Source of the DNA: Halarcobacter sp.
GTDB lineage: Bacteria > Campylobacterota > Campylobacteria > Campylobacterales > Arcobacteraceae
Direction: 5' to 3'
Assembly (NCBI GenBank): GCA_050296315.1
Contig: JBNKRE010000006.1
Coordinates: forward strand, 89,760-153,759
DNA length: 64,000 bases
Shown: one piece after another, positions 9,007 through 17,178 of the stretch
How positions within the stretch are numbered: the stretch's first letter is position 1
Layout: every line of letters starts with the position of its first letter
Position numbers and translations under genes: made by a program
The notes under the pieces: generated by a model
What the model was told of the DNA's origin: nothing
What the model saw: only the letters and a program-made list of their open reading frames with translations
The model's database searches: none

Positions 9007-11103
9007 TTAGGCAGATTTTGTATTGTGTTGAATCTCTTCATCACATTTTGGGCAATATTCATGCTCCCCATTTAAATAACCATGAACTGGACAAATTGAA
9101 AATAAAGGTGTCAAAGTTATATATGGTAATTTAAAATTTTCAAGAACTGTTTTTAAAAATAGTTTTGTAGATTCTGTTGAACTTAGTTTTTCACTCATAT
9201 ATAGATGCAGTACCGTTCCACCTGTATATTTAGTTTGTAAAATATCTTGTTTTTGTAAGGCTTCAAATGGATCATCTGTAAAATCAACTGGTAGTTGAGA
9301 AGAGTTTGTATAGTAGATTTCATTATCAAATCCAGCTTGAAGAATATCTGGATATCTTTTTTTATCCTCTTTTGCAAATCTATATGTCGTACCTTCTGCT
9401 GGTGTTGCTTCAAGGTTATACAAATTTCCACTTTTTTCTTGAAAAGATGTGATTTTTTCTCTTATGAAATCTAAAATTTCAGAAGAGAACTCTATGCCAT
9501 AATCACTTGTAATATCTTCTTGGTCATTGGTAAAATTTCTTATCATCTCATTTATACCATTTACACCAATAGTTGAGAAGTGGTTATTAAAACTTTTTAA
9601 ATATCGTTTTGTATATGGATATAAGCCTTGTTCAAATAGTTTGTTTATAATAACTCTTTTTTTCTCCAAGGTATTAAATGAAAGCTCTAAAAGTTTATTT
9701 AATTCATCATATAGTTTTTGTTTATTGTTTTTATATAAGTATCCAAGTCGTGCCATATTTATAGTAACCACTCCAATACTTCCTGTCATCTCAGCACTTC
9801 CAAATAAACCATTTCCTCTTTTTAACAATTCTCTTAAATCTAGTTGTAATCTACAACACATACTTCGTACAGCTCCTGGCTTATATGCATTTGGATTTTC
9901 TACTTTTTCTCCTTGTTCATTTGTCATATATTGACTTCCTACAAAGTTTTGAAAATAGCTTGAACCAATTTTTGCACTATTTTCTAAAAGAATATCTACA
10001 TTTTCTCCATCCCAATCAAAATCTTCAGTTATATTTACTGTGGGAATAGGGAAGGTAAAGGGTTGTCCATTTTTGTCCCCGTGGGTCATAATCTCATAAA
10101 AGGCTTTGTTTATTAGATTCATCTCTTTTTGAAAATGTTTAAAAGTCAATTCAGTTAATTTATTTACCCCTTTGTCTTTTAGTTTTTCTTTTATGTTTTC
10201 ATTCTCTTCAAATTGTTCAAATAGATGTTTATCGTTGTATGTTGGAAACTGCTCTTTTAAATCTGATGGTACATTCCAATCAAGTGTGATATTTGTAAAT
10301 GGACTTTGTCCCCATCTTGATGGAACATTTAGATTATAAATAAAACTAGTAAGTGCTTTTTTAACCTCTTTATATGATAAATCATCCATAAAAACATAAG
10401 GTGCCAAATAGGTATCAAAAGAGCTAAAAGCTTGTGCTCCAGCCCATTCGCTTTGTAAAATACCTAAAAAATTTGCCATTTGACTAAGAGCTTGTCTAAA
10501 ATGTTTTGCAGCTTTGCTTTCTACTCTTCCTCTTACTCCGTTAAACCCTTCATTTAATAATTGTCTTAAACTCCAACCTGCACAATATCCAGTAAGACAA
10601 TCTAAATCATGAATATGGATATCTCCATTTCTATGGGCAACTCCTTCTTTAACATCATAAACTTTATCAAGCCAATAGTTTGCGATAACTTTTCCTGCAA
10701 GATTGTTTACAAGTCCAGAGTTTGAGTAACCAGTGTTTGCATTTGCATTTATTCTCCAGTCATTTTTATTTATATACTCTTCTACACTTTTAGTTGAATC
10801 AACAAAAGTTGTATCTTGGTTGAGTCCTAGTATATGTTCCCTTTGCATCTTATGCAAAAATCTATATGTAATAAATGATTTCATTACACTAAAATATCTA
10901 TACTCAAACAATGATTTTTCAATATAATCTTGAATATCTTCCACATTATGATTTTTATTTTCATGTAAGTTTTGTATTACTGAAACAAAGATTATTTTAT
11001 TGTAAGTAATCTCTACACTTCTAAATGCTTTTTTTATAGCATCCTCTATTTTATAAGCTTTAAATGGTTCTTTTGAACCATCTCTTTTTATTACAAAATC
11101 CAT
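9007..11103 (-). CDS. nrdD: Class III (anaerobic) ribonucleoside-triphosphate reductase, lacking the C-terminal glycyl-radical loop
   Basis: N-terminal ATP cone (VIKRDG), IHIHDLD, GYCAGWS, SMCCRL finger loop, YNLEATPAEG, C-terminal CPVHGY..YCPKC; no RxxGY. Confidence 0.95.
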   Translation of the reverse strand: MDFVIKRDGSKEPFKAYKIEDAIKKAFRSVEITYNKIIFVSVIQNLHENKNHNVEDIQDYIEKSLFEYRYFSVMKSFITYRFLHKMQREHILGLNQDTTFVDSTKSVEEYINKNDWRINANANTGYSNSGLVNNLAGKVIANYWLDKVYDVKEGVAHRNGDIHIHDLDCLTGYCAGWSLRQLLNEGFNGVRGRVESKAAKHFRQALSQMANFLGILQSEWAGAQAFSSFDTYLAPYVFMDDLSYKEVKKALTSFIYNLNVPSRWGQSPFTNITLDWNVPSDLKEQFPTYNDKHLFEQFEENENIKEKLKDKGVNKLTELTFKHFQKEMNLINKAFYEIMTHGDKNGQPFTFPIPTVNITEDFDWDGENVDILLENSAKIGSSYFQNFVGSQYMTNEQGEKVENPNAYKPGAVRSMCCRLQLDLRELLKRGNGLFGSAEMTGSIGVVTINMARLGYLYKNNKQKLYDELNKLLELSFNTLEKKRVIINKLFEQGLYPYTKRYLKSFNNHFSTIGVNGINEMIRNFTNDQEDITSDYGIEFSSEILDFIREKITSFQEKSGNLYNLEATPAEGTTYRFAKEDKKRYPDILQAGFDNEIYYTNSSQLPVDFTDDPFEALQKQDILQTKYTGGTVLHLYMSEKLSSTESTKLFLKTVLENFKLPYITLTPLFSICPVHGYLNGEHEYCPKCDEEIQHNTKSA

Positions 11104-11160
11104 AAATAGAACCTTTTAAATCTGTTTTGACAATTGTATTAAAGATTTTTTTTTAAAGGT

Positions 11161-11174
11161 ATGACTAGGGTCAA
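11161..11174 (-). promoter_or_regulatory. Nss/FNR-type box (1 mismatch) upstream of nrdD
   Basis: ATGACTAGGGTCAA; -10 TACAAT at 11133-11138 (minus), 22 nt away. Confidence 0.75.
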
Positions 11175-11202
11175 AATTGATTGTAAATATAAAAATTTAT
11201 AC

Positions 11203-11216
11203 TTGATGTATGTCAA
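11203..11216 (+). promoter_or_regulatory. Nss/FNR-type box upstream of moaA
   Basis: TTGATGTATGTCAA; TAAAAT at 11239-11244, 22 nt away. Confidence 0.8.
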
Positions 11217-11261
11217 GACAAAAATTTTTAGTTTGTAATAAAATTTCATTAGGAGATTAAG

Positions 11262-12242
11262 ATGTTAATAGATAATTACAATAGAAAAATAGATTATTTA
11301 AGGGTCTCAGTAACTCAAAGATGTAATTTTAGATGTCAATATTGTATGCCAGAAAAACCTTTTGAGTGGATACCAAAAGAGGATTTACTTTCATATGAGC
11401 ACATGTTCAAATTTATAAAAGTAGCTATATCAAATGGAATAAAGAAGATTAGAATCACAGGTGGAGAACCATTAGTCAGAGATGATTTAGATAAATTTAT
11501 ATCTATGATAAATGAATATGACCCAACAATAGATTTAGGTCTTACTACAAATGGATATCTACTAAAAACACAAGCAAAAAAATTAAAAGAAGCAGGCTTA
11601 AAAAGAATCAATATCTCTTTAGATTCTTTAGAAAGAGAAACTTTTTGGTACTTAACCAAAAAAGATGTTTTGTCAAAAGTTTTAGAAGGGATAGATGAAG
11701 CTATAAAGGTGGGTATCAAAGTTAAAATAAATAGCGTAGTTTTAAAAAAGATAAATGAAAATGAGATCTTATCTTTATATGAGTTTGCAAAACAAAGAGA
11801 TATTCAAATTAGATTTATAGAGTATATGGAAAATGAGATGGCTTATAATCAGTTAAAAACTCTAACAAGTCAAGAGATTTTAAATATCATCTCTACAAAA
11901 TATAGTTTTGAAACAGTTCAAAACTGTGTAAATTCTGCTGCAAAACTTTATGAAGATAATCAAGGTTATGTTTTTGGAATAATTGAGCCATATGATGATT
12001 CTTTTTGTTCAACATGTAATAGAATTAGATTATCAGCAGAAGGGGATTTAATTCCATGTTTATATTATGAAGATTCTATTAATATAAAAGAATCAATCTT
12101 AAGTAAAAAAGATTTGGAAAATGTTTTGTATAAAGTAGTTCAAAATAGACCTGAAAAAAACAAATGGACTAAAAACAATCTACAATTAGAATCTTCAAAA
12201 GAAAATATCTCTTCAAGAGCTTTTTATTATACAGGTGGATGA
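11262..12242 (+). CDS. moaA: GTP 3',8-cyclase (molybdenum cofactor biosynthesis)
   Basis: YLRVSVTQRCNFRCQYC, RITGGEP, CSTCNRIRL...PCL, C-terminal GG. Confidence 0.96.
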   Translation: MLIDNYNRKIDYLRVSVTQRCNFRCQYCMPEKPFEWIPKEDLLSYEHMFKFIKVAISNGIKKIRITGGEPLVRDDLDKFISMINEYDPTIDLGLTTNGYLLKTQAKKLKEAGLKRINISLDSLERETFWYLTKKDVLSKVLEGIDEAIKVGIKVKINSVVLKKINENEILSLYEFAKQRDIQIRFIEYMENEMAYNQLKTLTSQEILNIISTKYSFETVQNCVNSAAKLYEDNQGYVFGIIEPYDDSFCSTCNRIRLSAEGDLIPCLYYEDSINIKESILSKKDLENVLYKVVQNRPEKNKWTKNNLQLESSKENISSRAFYYTGG

Positions 12243-12249
12243 TAAGTCA

Positions 12250-12263
12250 TTGACCTGTATCAA
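12250..12263 (+). promoter_or_regulatory. Nss/FNR-type box upstream of hcp
   Basis: TTGACCTGTATCAA; TACCAT at 12286-12291, 22 nt away. Confidence 0.8.
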
Positions 12264-12323
12264 TGTTTCAAGTATTTGATTTTTATACCATTACACCTTA
12301 ATTTTATTTTTAAGGATTTTTAA

Positions 12324-13649
12324 ATGAGTATGTTTTGCTATCAATGTGAAATGAGTACACCAAATGGTTGTGGTTCTACAGGAGCTAGTGTTGGAACTTG
12401 TGGTAAAGATGAAAATCTTGCAAGATTACAAGATACTATGATTTTTGGATTAAAAGGTTTAAGTGCGTATAGAGAACATTTAAATGAGATAAACCCAAGT
12501 GCTACAAAAAATGTAGATGATGTTATGAGTGAAACCTTATATTTCACACTTACAAATGTAAACTTTAATTTTGATGATCATATAAAACAACTTATGAAAG
12601 TTGGAAGTGCAGGTGTTGAGGTGATGGATAAACTTTCAAATGCACATACAGGAAAGTTTGGTATTCCAACACCTGTAAAAGTTAGTCAAAATAAGGTTGA
12701 AGGAAAAGCTATTCTTGTAAGTGGACACAATTTAGAGATGTTAGAAAAACTTTTAATAGCAACAGAAAATAAAGGGATAAATATCTATACTCACTCAGAG
12801 ATGTTACCAGCTCATGGGTATCCAGAATTGAAAAAATATTCTCATTTAAAAGGAAATATTGGAAAAGCATGGTTTGACCAAGCTGAATTGATGAAAAGAT
12901 TTAAAGGTACTTTTGTAGTAAATACAAACTGTATTGTGCCACCAAAGAAAAATGCAACTTATGTTGATAGAGTTTTTACGTATAAGATTGTTGGAATTGA
13001 AGGTGGTACACAAATAGTTGACGATAACTTTGATGAACTAATTGAAAAAACTTTACAATGTGAAGATACAAACTTTGATGATAATCTGTTTTTAACTACA
13101 GGACACCACTATAAAACAATATTAACATTAGCTCCTCAAATTTTAGAAGCAATTAAAGAGGGAAAAATTAGACAGTTTTTTGTAATAGCAGGTTGTGATG
13201 CACCAGGGAAAGCTGGAAACTATTATAGACAGATAGCTGAAAACTTACCAGAAGATTGTGTTATTATCACTTCAAGTTGTGGAAAATTTAGATTCAATGA
13301 TATTGACTTTGGTGAGATTGAAGGAACGGGTATTCCTAGATATTTAGACCTTGGACAATGTAATGATAGTAACGGTGCTGTTGAAATAGCAAAAGCAGTG
13401 AGTGAAGCTTTAAATACACCAATCAACGATTTACCAATATCAATAGTTCTTTCTTGGATGGAACAAAAAGCTGTAATTATCTTATTGGCACTATTTAGTT
13501 TGGGTGTAAAAAATATCTATCTTGGACCTAAGCCACCACAGTTTGTAAATGAAGATATATTTAATTTTTTAGCTCAGAATTTTAATTTACATCTAACAGG
13601 AGATGCTTTAGAGGATTTAAAAAATTTATTACTTCCAAAAGTAGCATAA
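12324..13649 (+). CDS. hcp: Hybrid cluster protein (hydroxylamine/NO reductase), short form
   Basis: MFCYQC, ILVSGHNL, YTHSEMLPAH, NCIVPP, GCD, SCGK, GQCNDS, LSWMEQKA. Confidence 0.95.
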   Translation: MSMFCYQCEMSTPNGCGSTGASVGTCGKDENLARLQDTMIFGLKGLSAYREHLNEINPSATKNVDDVMSETLYFTLTNVNFNFDDHIKQLMKVGSAGVEVMDKLSNAHTGKFGIPTPVKVSQNKVEGKAILVSGHNLEMLEKLLIATENKGINIYTHSEMLPAHGYPELKKYSHLKGNIGKAWFDQAELMKRFKGTFVVNTNCIVPPKKNATYVDRVFTYKIVGIEGGTQIVDDNFDELIEKTLQCEDTNFDDNLFLTTGHHYKTILTLAPQILEAIKEGKIRQFFVIAGCDAPGKAGNYYRQIAENLPEDCVIITSSCGKFRFNDIDFGEIEGTGIPRYLDLGQCNDSNGAVEIAKAVSEALNTPINDLPISIVLSWMEQKAVIILLALFSLGVKNIYLGPKPPQFVNEDIFNFLAQNFNLHLTGDALEDLKNLLLPKVA

Positions 13650-13675
13650 ATAAAAGGGTTGATTCCCTTTTATTT
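13648..13675. terminator. Bidirectional terminator between hcp and cytochrome c
   Basis: AAATAAAAGGG-TTGATT-CCCTTTTATTT. Confidence 0.7.
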
Positions 13676-13957
13676 ACCAATTTTTTGTGCGATTGCTTCA
13701 ATATCAGCATCAGATAAAGCTGCTACTTGACCTTTCATCAAACCTTTCATAACTCCACCATATGAACCATCTTTATAACCTTTCATAGCACTTACAATTT
13801 CAGCTTTAGTCATATCTTTGATGATTTTAGATTTCCCCATCGCTGCTTTTTCACCAGTTGCACCGTGACATGCAACACATCTAGCATACACATCTGCTGA
13901 TGCATTAACTGCCAATAATCCTAATAATATAACTGATGTAGTTAAAATTTTTTTCAT
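13670..13957 (-). CDS. Monoheme cytochrome c (c553-like)
   Basis: Signal peptide ending ASA, CVACH heme motif, distal Met (GVMKGLM). Confidence 0.92.
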   Translation of the reverse strand: MKKILTTSVILLGLLAVNASADVYARCVACHGATGEKAAMGKSKIIKDMTKAEIVSAMKGYKDGSYGGVMKGLMKGQVAALSDADIEAIAQKIGK

Positions 13958-14008
13958 GTTAATCCTTTTTGTTTTTTGAAAGTTTAATTAAAAAATGTTA
14001 TATTGTCT

Positions 14009-14022
14009 TTGATTTAAGTCAA
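14009..14022 (-). promoter_or_regulatory. Nss/FNR-type box upstream of cytochrome c
   Basis: TTGATTTAAGTCAA; -10 TAAACT at 13981-13986 (minus), 22 nt away. Confidence 0.78.
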
Positions 14023-14032
14023 ATTTATTTAA

Positions 14033-14046
14033 TTGATTTAAATCAA
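14033..14046 (+). promoter_or_regulatory. Perfect FNR-consensus box upstream of Crp/Fnr gene (autoregulation)
   Basis: TTGATTTAAATCAA; TATAAT at 14069-14074, 22 nt away. Confidence 0.85.
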
Positions 14047-14109
14047 TTAAATAATGAAGCAATTTGAGTATAATTTTTAAAATAACTTTAAAAGTAAGTA
14101 AAGATAAGT

Positions 14110-14772
14110 ATGAATAATATCAAAGATATAATAAAATCGATACCACTATTTACAGCTTTGCCAGATGATGAAATTGATTTGTTGTCTACAATGTCTCACG
14201 TATCAAAGTACAATGCAAACACAGTACTTTTTTATGAGTCAGAAACAACAGATGAATTACTTTTTTTGGTTGAAGGCTTACTAAAAGTATATAAAATAGA
14301 TAAGTATGATAATGAGATATTTTTATATTATGTCTACCCAAACTCTATGATATCAGAATTATCAAATCTAAATGACAATAAAATCAACTGTTTTTCAAAT
14401 AGTGAGTTTTTAAGAGATAGTGTGATGCTTTGTGTGAATTTTAAAAAATTTAAAGAAGAGTTCTTAAGTCAAAATGATTTGGTACAAAAGTTTATCAATG
14501 AACTTATTTATAAAAATCAACAACTTCAATGTATTGTAAATAGAGAATTGGTTTTTGATGCAACTTCAAAAGTTGCTTTTATGCTTACAAATGATTTGGA
14601 TATGTTTAATCACCTAAAAAGAAATGAAGTATCATTGTTGCTACATATACAGCCAGAAACTTTATCAAGGGTATTAAAAAGATTGGTTAGAAATGGTACA
14701 ATATCGATTGATAAAGGGATTGTATCTATTGAAAATGGTGATGAATTAAAAAGTATCTATTTAGGATTATAA
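14110..14772 (+). CDS. Crp/Fnr family regulator, NssR/DNR-like (no FNR Cys cluster)
   Basis: cNMP-type sensing domain, HTH with ETLSR recognition helix; 220 aa. Confidence 0.92.
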   Translation: MNNIKDIIKSIPLFTALPDDEIDLLSTMSHVSKYNANTVLFYESETTDELLFLVEGLLKVYKIDKYDNEIFLYYVYPNSMISELSNLNDNKINCFSNSEFLRDSVMLCVNFKKFKEEFLSQNDLVQKFINELIYKNQQLQCIVNRELVFDATSKVAFMLTNDLDMFNHLKRNEVSLLLHIQPETLSRVLKRLVRNGTISIDKGIVSIENGDELKSIYLGL

Positions 14773-14773
14773 G

Positions 14774-15763
14774 ATGAAAAAAGAGATTAGTGTTAGTGGG
14801 AAAATAAAGATTTTAGGGGCATTACTAATATCTACAGTATTTTTTGTAATTTGTGTATCTTTATATTTAAATTTAAAAAATTCAAAAGATGCAACTATTA
14901 TAAATATTGCTGGTAAACAAAGGATGCTTACACAAAAAATTACTAAAAATATCTTTTATTTATACCAAACAAAATCAAATAATTTTACACAAATTGATAA
15001 TGCAATAGAAGAGTTTAATTATGGATTAACAACTCTAAAAGATGGAAATGAGTTATTAAATATATCTGCTGCTCCAACAGATATAATAAGTAATCAAATA
15101 TCAAAAGTTATAGTTTTATGGAATACTTTTGAAAAAAATACAAAAGAGTTTAAAGAAGCTATTTTAAAAGATGATATTCAAAAACAAAACTCTATATTAA
15201 AATATATGTATGAAACAAATACTATACTTTTAGAAGAAGTTGATAAAGTTGTAAGTTTATATACAAGATATATTGAAGAAAAAACTGCATTTATAAAAAA
15301 CTTCCAATATACTTCCTTTGCATTAATGTTTATGTTGACAATTTATTCTTTGGTGCAATTAAAACAAATTGAGTCTCATGCAAAAGAGTTTATGTCAAAA
15401 TATAATCAATTAAATTCGGGTGAGATAACTAATTTAGAACCTATACACGTAGAGAGTGAAAAAGAGTTTGTAGAGATGGCAAACAATATGAATAATTTTA
15501 TAAATAAAGTAAATTCTGCTATGAATTATTCAGAATCAGCTCTTGAACAATCAAAATTAGCATCAGAAAAATTGTTAGATTTAACAGATGAGTTTGAAAA
15601 TATTATTGATGAGTTAGGAAATAAATCAGAAATAGTAAAAGAGATAAATAGAAGTGAAGATATCGCTATCGAGTCATCAGAAAATCTACTTAAGACTACT
15701 AAAAAACTAAATGATTTAAAAACACAACTAGATTTACTATTAAAAAACTGTCAAAATAAATAA
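14774..15763 (+). CDS. Membrane protein with NarX/PilJ-type nitrate-sensing domain, no kinase or MCP output domain
   Basis: TM1, P-box-like INIAGKQRMLTQKI, TM2, then about 130 aa helical tail without H-box or MCP hairpin. Confidence 0.8.
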   Translation: MKKEISVSGKIKILGALLISTVFFVICVSLYLNLKNSKDATIINIAGKQRMLTQKITKNIFYLYQTKSNNFTQIDNAIEEFNYGLTTLKDGNELLNISAAPTDIISNQISKVIVLWNTFEKNTKEFKEAILKDDIQKQNSILKYMYETNTILLEEVDKVVSLYTRYIEEKTAFIKNFQYTSFALMFMLTIYSLVQLKQIESHAKEFMSKYNQLNSGEITNLEPIHVESEKEFVEMANNMNNFINKVNSAMNYSESALEQSKLASEKLLDLTDEFENIIDELGNKSEIVKEINRSEDIAIESSENLLKTTKKLNDLKTQLDLLLKNCQNK

Positions 15764-15840
15764 GCCAAGAAGGAAGATAAAAAAAATATTAGTTTAGGAA
15801 TTGTTTTTTAATTATAGGAGGAGAACCTTCTTGGTTATTT
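15752..15840 (-). ncRNA. Candidate Nss-controlled small RNA with anti-Shine-Dalgarno loop
   Basis: Box 15875-15888 plus TAAAAT 15847-15852; CCAAGAAGG/CCTTCTTGG closing stem; loop contains UUCUCCUCCU; boundaries inferred. Confidence 0.35.
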
Positions 15841-15874
15841 GATAAAATTTTAACTGAAATTTTTAGTAAATAGT

Positions 15875-15888
15875 TTGACTAAAATCAA
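15875..15888. promoter_or_regulatory. Nss/FNR-type box in a convergent intergenic region
   Basis: TTGACTAAAATCAA; -10-like hexamers 22 nt away on both sides (TAAAAT minus, TATATT plus). Confidence 0.65.
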
Positions 15889-15914
15889 ATATCTAAACTT
15901 TTTCAAATATTATA

Positions 15915-16928
15915 TTATTTCCATTTAACTTTTTTAAATACTTCTACAGCTTTATGATTATAGTATCCAAGGTATTCCATATTTATTTTATCTTCTTTAA
16001 AATTCCCCCATGATTTTAATAATTCTAAGGGTTCAACTGCTTCATTGATTGGGTATTCATAAGAAGCTTCTGCATAGATTTTCTGAGCTTTAGGACTTAC
16101 CATAAACTCCATGAATTTGATTGCATTTTCTTTATTTTTGCTATATTTTACAACACCCATTCCTGAAATATTTATATGACTACCTCTTTCGTTTTTTCCT
16201 TGGTCAGGAAAAAATATACCAATATCATCAGTAAGTTCAACTTCATGAGGTTTTTTTGAATTTATCAATTTAGCAAGATAATAAGTATTTATAATTGCAA
16301 CATCACCTCTATTATATGATATAGATTTTATTTGGTTAGTATCACCTTCTAATGGGCTTCTAGCTAGGTTTTTTATAATACCTTTTGCCCATTTTGTTGT
16401 CTCTTTTTCACCTTCGTATGCTATAAGTGCTGCTAACAATGACATATTATACATTTCGGTTGATTTTCCTACAACAATCTTTTTTTTCCATTTTGGTGTT
16501 GCTAAATCTTTATATGTTGATAATTGGGATGGAGAAACTTTCTTTTTATTATATGCTATAACTCTAGCTCTTTTCGTAAGAGCATACCAATAACCCTTTT
16601 TTTGTCTTAAATGACTTGGTACAATCTTCTCTAGTTTTTCTGATCTTATTGGTTGTAATAAATCATTATATTGTGCATAAACAAGCCTTCCTGCATCAAC
16701 TGTGATTAATACATCAGCATCTGTATCTTTTCCATCTGATTGAATCTCTGTAAGCACTTCTGATGAGTCCAATTTAGTTACATTTATTTTTATACCAGTT
16801 TCTTTTTCAAACATTTCAAATAATTGTTTATCTGCAAAATAGTATCTGTGAGAATAGACATTTAATACATTTGATGCATTTAATGATGAAAATAATATTA
16901 ATGCACCTATAATTAATTTTAAAATCAT
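15915..16928 (-). CDS. Fe(III) ABC transporter substrate-binding protein (FutA/FbpA-like)
   Basis: Signal peptide, LNVYSHRY, DVLITVDAGRL, WYALTKRARV, INTYY, HINISG; Fur-like box upstream. Confidence 0.88.
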   Translation of the reverse strand: MILKLIIGALILFSSLNASNVLNVYSHRYYFADKQLFEMFEKETGIKINVTKLDSSEVLTEIQSDGKDTDADVLITVDAGRLVYAQYNDLLQPIRSEKLEKIVPSHLRQKKGYWYALTKRARVIAYNKKKVSPSQLSTYKDLATPKWKKKIVVGKSTEMYNMSLLAALIAYEGEKETTKWAKGIIKNLARSPLEGDTNQIKSISYNRGDVAIINTYYLAKLINSKKPHEVELTDDIGIFFPDQGKNERGSHINISGMGVVKYSKNKENAIKFMEFMVSPKAQKIYAEASYEYPINEAVEPLELLKSWGNFKEDKINMEYLGYYNHKAVEVFKKVKWK

Positions 16929-16989
16929 TCTTATCCTTCATAAAAAAATTTTAGAACTATACAAATTTAATCTTAAATAATTATTAAAA

Positions 16990-17004
16990 TGATAATCACT
17001 ATTA
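16990..17004. promoter_or_regulatory. Fur-like box
   Basis: TGATAAT-C-ACTATTA upstream of the Fe-binding protein gene. Confidence 0.6.
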
Positions 17005-17072
17005 AATATCTATTTTACAATTTCATATTATTTAGTAATAAAAGGAACGTAAATTGCATTATATAAAAGAAA

Positions 17073-17087
17073 TGATAACTATTATCG
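17073..17087. promoter_or_regulatory. Fur-like box
   Basis: TGATAAC-T-ATTATCG upstream of exbB. Confidence 0.65.
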
Positions 17088-17178
17088 ATATTAATATTAA
17101 ATTAAGTAAACTTCTTTTAATATTTCAATTAAAATATCATTTTTTAAATTTTGGTGTAAAATTATATAAAGGACAATA

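Noticed and set aside
8997-9071. Upstream 25 codons of the 71-aa ORF 8856..9071, or a programmed frameshift fusing it to nrdD
   Set aside because: These codons overlap nrdD out of frame; a canonical RBS precedes the ATG at 8996 and I saw no obvious slippery site. Fusion is disfavoured, not excluded
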